DNA of 64,000 bases. It comes from Candidatus Binatia bacterium (GTDB lineage: Bacteria; Desulfobacterota; Binatia; UBA12015). The stretch spans positions 311,064-375,063 of the forward strand of contig JAXLXO010000004.1 of the NCBI GenBank assembly GCA_046327915.1, read 5' to 3'. The notes under the pieces were generated by a model. It had not been told where the DNA came from. It saw only the letters and a list, made by a program, of their open reading frames with translations, and did not search any database. Within the stretch, counting starts at the first letter, position 1, and every line of letters starts with the position of its first letter. The position numbers and the translations under genes are program-made. This document shows, in pieces, positions 38,309 to 46,895 of the stretch.

Positions 38309-39720
38309 GGATTCGCCGCGTCCCAGCGTCCCGGCGGCCGCACGCCGCTGCCGACGCGACCCGTGAGCCCGTCGCCGAGATCCGCGCGCGCGTCCTCGGC
38401 GATCGCGAGCATCTCGGCGACGACGTCGGGATGCTCGGCCGCGACGTCGTGCGTCTCGCCGAGGTCGCTCTCGAGGTCGAAGAGCGACAGGCCGATCTGC
38501 AGCGTCTGCTCGCGACCGGGCGCGCCGTCGACGCCGGGCTCGACGATCGACTGGTACGGGTGCGGCAGGTGCAGCTTCCACCGTCCGCGGCGCACGGCTT
38601 CCAGCCCGCCGACGCGGTGCACGAGCCACATGCGCTCGTCGAACGACGCCTCGTCGGCGCCGGACAGGACGGGCCAGGCGTCGTGCCCGTCGAGCTTGCG
38701 ATCGTCGGGCAACGTCGCACCCGTCAAGCGCGCGACCGTCGGCAGCACGTCCGCGAGTCCGAGCACCGCGGAGGTCGCAGCGCCCGCGGGAACGTGTCCC
38801 GGCCAGCGCGCGATCGCCGGCACGCGCACGCCTCCCTCGAAGCTCGTGCTCTTGCCCTCGCGCAGCGCACCGGCCGATCCCGCGTGGTTGCCGAAGATCA
38901 GCCACGGTCCGTTGTCGGACACGAAGAGCACCAGCGTGCGCTCGTCGAGGCCGTGCTCGTGCAGCGCGTCGAGGATCCGGCCCATCGACCAGTCGAGCTC
39001 CGCGATCACGTCGCCGTAGAGCCCGCGCGGCGACACGCCGCGGAAGCGGTCGGACGCGGCGATCGGCCAGTGCGGCATCGAGTGCGCGATCTCGAGGAAG
39101 AACGGCGCGTCGGCGTGGCGCGCGATGAAGTCCGTCGCGCGCTCGGTGTAGCGCCGCACCAGCTGGGACTGGTCGGGCTCGGTCTCGATGACGGTCTCGC
39201 CGTCCATCAGCGGCAGGTCGGGGTAGATCGACAGGTCGAGCGGATTCTTCCGCCCCATGTCGTTGGAGTACGGAATGCCGAAGTACTCGTCGAAGCCCTG
39301 CCGCGTCGGCAGGAACGGCGGACGGTGCCCCAGGTGCCACTTGCCGACCAGCCCGGTCGCGTAGCCGCGCTCGCGCAGCACCTCCGCCATCGTGATCTCG
39401 TCGGGCGAGAGTCCGGTGTCGTCCCACGGGTAGTACGCCGGCGGCGCGCTCACGCGCTGTCCGTACGATCCGGTCATCAGCATCGCGCGCGACGGCGTGC
39501 AGGTCGGCGCGCTGTAGAAGCTCGTCAAGCGCAGGCCATCGGCGGCGAGCCGGTCGAAGTTGGGCGTCGGGATGTCGGTCGCGCCGAAGGCGCCGACGTC
39601 GCCGTAGCCCTGATCGTCGGTGAGGAACACGACGACGTTCGGCGGCTGCGTCGTACCCGCGTCGGAGCAGCCGAGCGCGAGCGCGAGCAGGACGAGCGCG
39701 TACGCGCGAATGCCGCTCAT
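38305..39720 (-). CDS. sulfatase (arylsulfatase-family) lipoprotein
   Basis: Lipobox 'LALGCSD'. Formylglycine motif 'CTPSRAMLMTG'. 'GKWHLG'. Confidence 0.85.
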   Translation of the reverse strand: MSGIRAYALVLLALALGCSDAGTTQPPNVVVFLTDDQGYGDVGAFGATDIPTPNFDRLAADGLRLTSFYSAPTCTPSRAMLMTGSYGQRVSAPPAYYPWDDTGLSPDEITMAEVLRERGYATGLVGKWHLGHRPPFLPTRQGFDEYFGIPYSNDMGRKNPLDLSIYPDLPLMDGETVIETEPDQSQLVRRYTERATDFIARHADAPFFLEIAHSMPHWPIAASDRFRGVSPRGLYGDVIAELDWSMGRILDALHEHGLDERTLVLFVSDNGPWLIFGNHAGSAGALREGKSTSFEGGVRVPAIARWPGHVPAGAATSAVLGLADVLPTVARLTGATLPDDRKLDGHDAWPVLSGADEASFDERMWLVHRVGGLEAVRRGRWKLHLPHPYQSIVEPGVDGAPGREQTLQIGLSLFDLESDLGETHDVAAEHPDVVAEMLAIAEDARADLGDGLTGRVGSGVRPPGRWDAANP

Positions 39721-41111
39721 GGTGCGGTCTCCTCGGGCAGGCCGCGGTCGCCCTGCTCCGCCATCCACGCGTCCACCGTGCCGCGCAGACGCGCCAGCAC
39801 GTCCGCCGACGCGGGATCGGACGCGAGGTCGTTCAGCTCCGCGGGATCCGCGTCGAGATCGTACAGCTCCTCCGCCGGGCGGTGCTGGTAGCGCGCCACC
39901 CGAGCGGCGGCGAACGGATCGTCCGCGGCGCGTGCGACCCAGGACTGCCAGCCGCCCTGCCCGACCTCGGTGACGTTGTTGGTGAACGTGGCGTCGGGCA
40001 GCAGGTTCCGGATGTAGTGCCAGCGCTCGTCGCGAACCGAGCGGATCGGATACGGTCCGCCGTTGAAGATGCGCTCGTTGGTGTGCAGCGCGGGGACGAC
40101 GTCGCGGTGCGCGGCGCGCTCGCCGCGCAGGACGGGTGCGAAGCTGATCCCGTCGAGCCCCTCGACCGATGGCGCACCGGCGAGATCCAGCAGCGTCGGC
40201 AGCAGATCGACGAGGCTCACCATCGCGCTCGTTCGGGTGCCCGCGCGAACGTGGCCCGGCCAGCGCACGAGCAGCGGCACGTGCAGCCCCGCGTCGTAGT
40301 TCGTCCACTTCTCGAAGGCGAAGCCGGCGCCGTGGTCGGCGACGTAGACGACGATCGTGTCGCGCGTCTTTCCGGCCGCGTCGATCTCGCCGAGGATGCG
40401 GCCGACGTGGTCGTCGAGCTGCGTGATGAGGTCGTAGTAGCCCGCGCGCTCGAAGCGCGTCTCCGGCGTGTCGACGATGTACGGCGGCAGGACGACGTCC
40501 TGGGGCGCGTACAGCACCGGATCGGGCCAGCCGCCGGCCTCCGTATCGACGGCGTGCGGGCGCGAGTCCGCGACCACCAGGAAGAACGGGCCAGCCGTGT
40601 CGCGGATCACGCGGAGGATGTCGTCCATCTGGCCGTCGATGCGCACCTGCTCGGGACCGATGTGCGAGCCCGGCAGGAACTCGAACGGGAACGACGCTTC
40701 CGGGCCGACGTGCGACTTGCCGGCCAGCGCCACGCGGTAGCCCTGCGCACCGAAGTAGTGCGCGACGCTGCGCACGCCGTCCTTCACGTACTGGTGGTTG
40801 TGGTGCGCACCGTGCCGGATCGGCCAGAGCCCGGTGTACATCGACGAGCGGCTCGGCGTGCAGATCGCCTCCGGCGCGAAGGCGCGCTCGAACGCCATGC
40901 CGTCGCGTGCGAGCGTGTCGACGTTCGGGTCCATGACCACCGGGTTGCCGTACGCGCCGACGTCGCCGAGGGACTGGTCGTCGGCGATCAGCAGGACGAC
41001 GTTCGGACGCGCGGCGGTCGTCGTGCTCTGCGTCGCGTCGCCGCACGCCGCGGCGAGCATCGCCGTCGCCGCGAGCGACAGGACGAGGCAGAGAGTTCGT
41101 GAGCCGCTCAT
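39717..41111 (-). CDS. sulfatase lipoprotein
   Basis: Lipobox 'LAAACGD'. 'CTPSRSSMYTG'. ATGA overlaps on both sides. Confidence 0.85.
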   Translation of the reverse strand: MSGSRTLCLVLSLAATAMLAAACGDATQSTTTAARPNVVLLIADDQSLGDVGAYGNPVVMDPNVDTLARDGMAFERAFAPEAICTPSRSSMYTGLWPIRHGAHHNHQYVKDGVRSVAHYFGAQGYRVALAGKSHVGPEASFPFEFLPGSHIGPEQVRIDGQMDDILRVIRDTAGPFFLVVADSRPHAVDTEAGGWPDPVLYAPQDVVLPPYIVDTPETRFERAGYYDLITQLDDHVGRILGEIDAAGKTRDTIVVYVADHGAGFAFEKWTNYDAGLHVPLLVRWPGHVRAGTRTSAMVSLVDLLPTLLDLAGAPSVEGLDGISFAPVLRGERAAHRDVVPALHTNERIFNGGPYPIRSVRDERWHYIRNLLPDATFTNNVTEVGQGGWQSWVARAADDPFAAARVARYQHRPAEELYDLDADPAELNDLASDPASADVLARLRGTVDAWMAEQGDRGLPEETAP

Positions 41112-42628
41112 GAATCGCCCTCCTCCGCCGGCGCCGATTGCGCCGCCGTTCCAGTGACCGAGCGCAGCTGCACCGACAGCGCGTCGACGACCGCGCGGTC
41201 GGTGCTCTCGGCGACGTTCACCGTCTCGCCGGGATCGTCGTCGTGGTCGTAGAGCATGCGCGCGCGCAGACTGCCATCACGATCGCGCCACTCGGTGTAG
41301 AGCCAGCGTCCGGTACGGATCGACTCGCCGAACCACGGTCCGGGATCGAGCGAGATCGCCGACGTCCACTGGCTCACCGCGAAGCCCCTGCCCGCGCCGC
41401 GCGAGTCGTCGAGGAGCGGCGTCAAGCTGGCACCGCCGAGATCGGATGGCGCGGCGACCCCCGTCAATTCCAGGATCGTCGGCGCGAGGTCGAGGCTCTC
41501 GACGATCTCGTCGGTCGCGGCACCGCGCAGCGCCCCCGGCGCGCGGATCACCAGCGGCGTGCGCAGCGCGAGGTCGAAGTTGGCGTGCTTGGTCCACAGG
41601 CCGTGGTCGCCGAGCAGGTAGCCGTGGTCGCCGGTGAGGATCACGACGGTGTCGTCGGCGAGGCCGAGCTCGTCGAGCGCGTCGAGCACGCGGCCGACCA
41701 GCGCGTCGGTGTAGCTGACCGCGGCGAGATAGCCGTGCACCAGCGTGCGCGCGAGATCCTCGGGGATCGGCTCGGGCGCGGGCGGGATGCCGAGGTACTG
41801 CGCGCGCAGCTCGGGCGACGCGTGCAGCGCCGCGTCGGGTGCACCGTCCGGCCGCTGCGGATCGCGCGCCAGCGGCACGCCCGCGCGGTCGTAGAGATCC
41901 CAGTAGCGCTGCGGGGAGTTGAACGGCAGGTGCGGCTTCCAGAAGCCGGCCGCGAGGAAGAACGGCTTGCCGTCGCGCGCGAGACGGCGCAGATCGGCGA
42001 TCGACTTCTCCGCGACGCGGCCGTTCGGGTACGCGAAGTCGTCGACGTCGGCGGCCTCGTACGCGGGACCGCGGCCGTTCTCGGCGACGAGCCGCCGATT
42101 CTCCGGCAGCAGGTACGCGGTCTGGTCCGCGCCACCCGGCGACACGCGCCACGGCGGCTCGCTCCAGCCGTCGAGATCGTCGTCGTCCCAGTGCAGGACC
42201 TTTCCGTTCGCGATCGTGGTGTAGCCCGCGCCGTGCAGCAGGTCGGCGATCGTCGGGACGCCGGGCACGTCGCGATCGACGCGCGTGTCGAAGCTGACGA
42301 AGCGCCCGTGCGTCGGACGCAGTCCCGTCAGCATGCTCGCGCGCGACGCGCCGCACACGGGAGCCTGCACGTACGCCTGCCGGAACAGCACGCCGTCCGC
42401 CGCGAGCGCGTCGATGCGCGGCGAGCGCACGTGCGGCGCGCCGAGCGTGCCGAGCTCGGGGCGCAGGTCGTCGACCATGATCAGCAGGACGTTCGGACGG
42501 CAGCCGTTGCGCGCGCGGCACGCGCTGGCGTCGGGCGCCGCGCGGTCGCCGCACGCGGCCGCCAGCGCCGCGACGACGACCAGGCCGAGCGCGCGGACGC
42601 ACGCGCTGCGCGGCCGCGACGGCGTCAT
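41108..42628 (-). CDS. sulfatase lipoprotein with variant C-x-A-x-R active-site motif
   Basis: Lipobox 'LAAACGD'. Motif 'VCGASRASMLTG' (Ala in place of the canonical Pro). 'GDHG', 'GKVLHW'. Confidence 0.8.
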   Translation of the reverse strand: MTPSRPRSACVRALGLVVVAALAAACGDRAAPDASACRARNGCRPNVLLIMVDDLRPELGTLGAPHVRSPRIDALAADGVLFRQAYVQAPVCGASRASMLTGLRPTHGRFVSFDTRVDRDVPGVPTIADLLHGAGYTTIANGKVLHWDDDDLDGWSEPPWRVSPGGADQTAYLLPENRRLVAENGRGPAYEAADVDDFAYPNGRVAEKSIADLRRLARDGKPFFLAAGFWKPHLPFNSPQRYWDLYDRAGVPLARDPQRPDGAPDAALHASPELRAQYLGIPPAPEPIPEDLARTLVHGYLAAVSYTDALVGRVLDALDELGLADDTVVILTGDHGYLLGDHGLWTKHANFDLALRTPLVIRAPGALRGAATDEIVESLDLAPTILELTGVAAPSDLGGASLTPLLDDSRGAGRGFAVSQWTSAISLDPGPWFGESIRTGRWLYTEWRDRDGSLRARMLYDHDDDPGETVNVAESTDRAVVDALSVQLRSVTGTAAQSAPAEEGDS

Positions 42629-43791
42629 CGCGCCTCCCGCCGGCTGCGCAGCGCGTCCGCGACCGCGACGTACGCGGGCTTCGCCTGGTACTCCTCGTCG
42701 AAGAGCAGCGGCTCGCCCTTGCGCCGCACGAACTGCTCGATGCTGGTCGGATAGCGGTCGGTGAAGAGCCACACCGTCAGCCCCGTGCACGCCGGCACCG
42801 CGGCGCAGGCCGCGCTCACGTCGGAATAGACGGCGCGCTGCCGCTCGAGACGCGCGGCGCGATCGCCGTCGAAGCGCCAGGTGTGGACGTTCAGCTCGGT
42901 GATCTCGACGTCGATGCCGAGCGTCGCGAAGCGGCGCAGCGTCGCCTCGACCTCGTCCCGCGTCGCGACGTCGGCGTCGCCGGGCGGCGCGTAGGGCAGG
43001 AACCACATGTGGCCCTGCAGCCCGACGCCGTGCAGCGGCACGCCCGCGTCGAGCAGGTCGCGCGCGAGCTGGAAGTAGCGGTCCTGCTTGACGCCGGGCT
43101 TGAGCTCGAGGAACTCGTTCAGGAAGAGCTTCGCGTCCGGATCGGCCTCGTGTGCGACGCGGAACGCGTCCGCGACGTGGCCGGGGCCGAGCTTCTGCAG
43201 GAACGCCGAGTCGCGCAGCCCGCCGGTGCCGCCGTCCTCGCCGAACGCGGTGAGCGGCTCGTTGACGACGTCCCAGCGCGTGACGCGGCCCCGATATCGT
43301 CCCATCACGGTGCGGATGTGATCGGCGGTCGCCGCGCGCAGCGTGTCCGCGTCCATCTGCGCGACGTACGCCGGGTTCGGCGGATCCGACGCGCCGCCCC
43401 AGACCAGCGTGTGTCCGCGCACGCGCATGCCGTGCGCCTGCGCGAAGTCGACGATCGCGTCGGCCCCTGAGAAGTCCCAGCGGTCGGGCTCGGGATGGAT
43501 GCGCCCCCACTTCATCGCCGTGTACGGCGTGATCGAGTCGAACTCGCGCGCCAGCACCTCGCCGTAGCGCGCGTCGCCGGACGACGGCGTCAGGTACTCG
43601 TCGTGCGCCGCGGTGCCGATCGAGAGGCCGCTTCCGGCGGCGACGTCGCGCAGCCCTTCCCCGCCGCCGGAGCCGGCGTCACCGCAGCCCGCGCCGCCGG
43701 GCGACGCCGCGAGGAGTCCGGAAAGAGCCATGCGGCACAGCAACGCGCGTCCCGGCGCCGCGCGCAAGCCGGATGTCGATCGCTCGCGCAT
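42625..43791 (-). CDS. glycoside hydrolase family 10 endo-beta-1,4-xylanase-like
   Basis: 'HTLVWG', 'WDVVNEP' (acid/base Glu), 'ITELNV' (nucleophile Glu). Signal/lipoprotein N-terminus (…GGAGCGD). Start could be the internal M 20 codons downstream. Confidence 0.8.
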   Translation of the reverse strand: MRERSTSGLRAAPGRALLCRMALSGLLAASPGGAGCGDAGSGGGEGLRDVAAGSGLSIGTAAHDEYLTPSSGDARYGEVLAREFDSITPYTAMKWGRIHPEPDRWDFSGADAIVDFAQAHGMRVRGHTLVWGGASDPPNPAYVAQMDADTLRAATADHIRTVMGRYRGRVTRWDVVNEPLTAFGEDGGTGGLRDSAFLQKLGPGHVADAFRVAHEADPDAKLFLNEFLELKPGVKQDRYFQLARDLLDAGVPLHGVGLQGHMWFLPYAPPGDADVATRDEVEATLRRFATLGIDVEITELNVHTWRFDGDRAARLERQRAVYSDVSAACAAVPACTGLTVWLFTDRYPTSIEQFVRRKGEPLLFDEEYQAKPAYVAVADALRSRREAR

Positions 43792-43898
43792 TTCGTGTTC
43801 CCTCCGCCGGTCCGAGCCCGTCCGGCCGCGCCGTCCTAACAGCTCTGTGAAGATCCAGTCAACAGACTTGTCAGGACGCCGCCGCGGTCGCTTCCGCG

Positions 43899-44642
43899 TT
43901 GACCAGGCCGCGCGCGGCGTTCTATTCCACAGGCTTGTCAGCGAAAGCGTCCACGAAGGCGTCCGGCCGCAAGCGGAGTGCTGCGTCCGCGCCGCGGCGC
44001 GGGTCGGCACGGCGCACGCCCGCACCGTCGCGCAAGGAGCAGGGCGAGCTCACGCGGCGCAAGATCCTCGACGCCGCGATCGCGCTCTACGCCGAGGCCG
44101 GCGTGCGCGGCACGGGACTGATGGCGATCGGCAAGCGCGCCGGCGTTCACCACGCGACGGTCCTCTACCACTTCAGGAGCTCGCGCGAGCTGCTGCTCGC
44201 GGTGCTGCAGGAGCGCGACCGTCTGTACATGGAATACTCGCGCGACGTGCTCGACCGCGGCGGCCTCGAGGCACTTCGCCTGCTTCCGTTCACCGGCCGA
44301 TTCAACGTCGAGCACCCGGTTCTGGCGAAGCTCTTCGCCGTCCTGCAGGCGGAGGCCCTCGACCCGGACGCCGAGGCGCACGCCTACTTCCTGGAGCGCC
44401 GCGGCCAGGCGCGAACGCTCGTCCTCGAGCTGCTGCGCACGGCGAAGAAGCGCGGCGAGATCCGCAAGGACGTCGACGCGGAGACCACCGCGGACGTCGT
44501 CCTCGCGTTCACCGCCGGCATCAACATCGGGTCGTTTCTCGACCCGCGAAACGTCGACATCGTCGCGGCGTACCGCCGCTTCACCGACATGCTGATCGGA
44601 GACCTCACGCGCGGCGTCGAGCGCCGCGGAAGGAAGCCCTGA
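43899..44642 (+). CDS. TetR-family transcriptional regulator
   Basis: HTH 'ILDAAIALYAEAGVRGTGLMAIGKRAGVHHATVLYHF'. About 50-aa Arg/Ser-rich N-terminal extension. The start may be further downstream. Confidence 0.7.
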   Translation: MTRPRAAFYSTGLSAKASTKASGRKRSAASAPRRGSARRTPAPSRKEQGELTRRKILDAAIALYAEAGVRGTGLMAIGKRAGVHHATVLYHFRSSRELLLAVLQERDRLYMEYSRDVLDRGGLEALRLLPFTGRFNVEHPVLAKLFAVLQAEALDPDAEAHAYFLERRGQARTLVLELLRTAKKRGEIRKDVDAETTADVVLAFTAGINIGSFLDPRNVDIVAAYRRFTDMLIGDLTRGVERRGRKP

Positions 44643-46279
44643 TGCGCACGCCCGCCGGCCGCCGCACCGCGATCGTTCTCTCGCTGCTGCTCGCGACGCT
44701 CGCCTGCGCCTGCTCCGACGCACCGTCGAGCGCACCCGCCGCGCCTCCGAACGTGCTGTGGATCGTCGCCGACGACATGAGCTTCGAGCTCGGCGCCTTC
44801 GGCGACGGCGTCGCACGCACGCCGAACCTCGACCGTCTCGCGAACGAGGGCGTGCGCTACCCGAACGCGTTCGCGACCGCGGGCGTGTGCTCGCCGAGCC
44901 GCGCCGCGCTCATGACGGGCATGTACGCGACGTCGATCGGCGCGCAGCACATGCGCAGCATCAACGCCGGCTACTACCCGGTGCCGCCGCCGGACGTGAG
45001 GACCTTCACCGAGTACCTGCGCGCCGCGGGCTACTGGGCGAGCAGTCAGGGCAAGCTCGACTACCAGTTCACCGAGGTCTTCGACCACGCGCCGATCACC
45101 AACTGGGACGACGCGAACGGCGACTGGCACGGCCGCGCGCCGGGGCAGCCGTTCTTCGCGCACGTCACGATCTTCGACACGCACGAGAGCCAGCTCTTCG
45201 GCACGAAGCCGCTCACCACCGACCCGGCGAGCGTCGTCGTTCCGCCGTACTACCCCGACACCGAAGCCGTGCGGCGCGACTTCGCGCGCCACTACGACAA
45301 CGTTGCGAGCCTCGACGCGAAGGTCGGCCACCTGCTCGACATGCTCGACGCGGAGGGGCTCGCGGAGAACACCGTCGTGCTCTTCTTCCCCGACAATGGC
45401 CGAGGCCTGCCGCGCGACAAGCGCTGGACCTACGACGGCGGCATCCACCTGCCGCTCATCGTGCGCTGGCCGGGGCACCTGCAGCCCGGAACGATCGACG
45501 AGCGTCTCGTGAGCTACGTCGACTTCGCGCCGACGGCGCTGGCGCTCGCCGGCGTTCCGGTGCCGCCCAACATGCAGGGCCGCGTCTTCCTCGGTCCCGA
45601 CGCCGACCCCGAACCCGAGTTCGTGTTCGCGGCGGCCGATCGCCACGACGAGGCGCGCGACCGCATCCGCGCGGTGCGCGACAAGCGCTTCAAGTACCTG
45701 CGCAACTACCAGCCCGAAACGCCGTACGGACAGTCGATCGCGTTCCGCAACAACCTCGCGACGATGCAGGAGATCTTCCGCCTGCACGACGAAGGTCTGC
45801 TGCTGCCGCCGGCCGACTGGTACTACCGCGCGACCAAGCCGGTCGAGGAGCTCTACGACACGCAGAGCGATCCGTTCGAGCTCGACGACCTCGCCGACCG
45901 TCCGGAGCAGCAGGAGCGCCTCGCACGCATGCGCGCCGCGCACGAACGGTGGGTCGCCGACACCGGCGATCTCGGCGCGGTCCCCGAGTCCGAGCTGAAG
46001 GAGCGCTTCTGGCCCGGCGGCGTGCAGCCCGTGACGCCGCCACCGTCGATCGAGCCCGCGGGCGGCACGTTCGACGGCCCGGTCGACGTCGCGATCCGCT
46101 CCGACGTGGACGGCGCGTCGCTCGCGTACACGCTCGATCCCGGCGACGACGCGCACTGGCTGCTCTACACGCGGCCCGTCCGCCTCGCGGCCGGAAGCAC
46201 GCTGCGCGCGCGCGCCGTGCGCTACGGCTGGGCCGACAGCGCCGACGCGAGCGCGACGTTCGCGATCGGCGGACGCTGA
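44642..46279 (+). CDS. sulfatase lipoprotein
   Basis: Lipobox 'LACACSD'. 'CSPSRAALMTG'. Start overlaps the TetR stop (TGATG). Confidence 0.85.
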   Translation: MRTPAGRRTAIVLSLLLATLACACSDAPSSAPAAPPNVLWIVADDMSFELGAFGDGVARTPNLDRLANEGVRYPNAFATAGVCSPSRAALMTGMYATSIGAQHMRSINAGYYPVPPPDVRTFTEYLRAAGYWASSQGKLDYQFTEVFDHAPITNWDDANGDWHGRAPGQPFFAHVTIFDTHESQLFGTKPLTTDPASVVVPPYYPDTEAVRRDFARHYDNVASLDAKVGHLLDMLDAEGLAENTVVLFFPDNGRGLPRDKRWTYDGGIHLPLIVRWPGHLQPGTIDERLVSYVDFAPTALALAGVPVPPNMQGRVFLGPDADPEPEFVFAAADRHDEARDRIRAVRDKRFKYLRNYQPETPYGQSIAFRNNLATMQEIFRLHDEGLLLPPADWYYRATKPVEELYDTQSDPFELDDLADRPEQQERLARMRAAHERWVADTGDLGAVPESELKERFWPGGVQPVTPPPSIEPAGGTFDGPVDVAIRSDVDGASLAYTLDPGDDAHWLLYTRPVRLAAGSTLRARAVRYGWADSADASATFAIGGR

Positions 46280-46298
46280 GCGCGCGGCCGGCGCCCGC

Positions 46299-46793
46299 TC
46301 AGCGCAGCCACTCGACGACGACGCCGCGGCGCTTCGCGCCGATCTCGATCTCCAGGTCGGCGCCGACGTGCGCCCCGAGCAGCGACGCGCCGAGCGGCGA
46401 CTGCGGCGTCACCACCGTGACCGTCACGCCGCCCGCGTCGATGGTCTCGCCGCCGCCCGCGGGAGCGAGCAGGTAGACCAGCTCCCGGTCGTCCTCGTCG
46501 ACGAGCCCGACCAGCGCGCCCGCGTGCACCGGCTCGTCCTCGTCGAAGTCGCGCGCCTCCAGCGCGGCCAGCGCCGCGACCGCGTCGCGCAGCGTCTCGG
46601 CGCGCTCGGCGAGGCCGCGCGCGAGGTACTGCTGCTCGACGGCGCGCATGTCCTTCGAGTGCTCCTGCTTCGACTCGCCGTGCGTCGCGCCCATCTGCGC
46701 GGACTTCTGCGACGCGACCAGGGCCTCGTAGCGCGCGGCGAGGCGCGCGTGCAGCGCCGCGATCAGCGCCTGCTTGTCGATCTTCGGGGGCAT
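46299..46793 (-). CDS. GreA/GreB-family transcription elongation factor homolog
   Basis: 164 aa. C-terminal FKBP-like Gre domain 'VTPQSPLGASLLGAHVGADLE'. Confidence 0.65.
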   Translation of the reverse strand: MPPKIDKQALIAALHARLAARYEALVASQKSAQMGATHGESKQEHSKDMRAVEQQYLARGLAERAETLRDAVAALAALEARDFDEDEPVHAGALVGLVDEDDRELVYLLAPAGGGETIDAGGVTVTVVTPQSPLGASLLGAHVGADLEIEIGAKRRGVVVEWLR

Positions 46794-46895
46794 GCCGGTA
46801 CGCGGACGTTAGCGTCCCGCGTGCGCGCGCGCTCGCACGGGACGCCGCGGTGCGCGGTCGCGGCGCGCGGCGCGGACGGCTAGACACGCCGGTCG

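Noticed and set aside
36802-39891. 1029-aa + strand ORF; 37208..39427 minus ORF
   Set aside because: Alternative-frame or antisense shadows of the pilT paralog and sulfatase genes, with Arg-rich composition.
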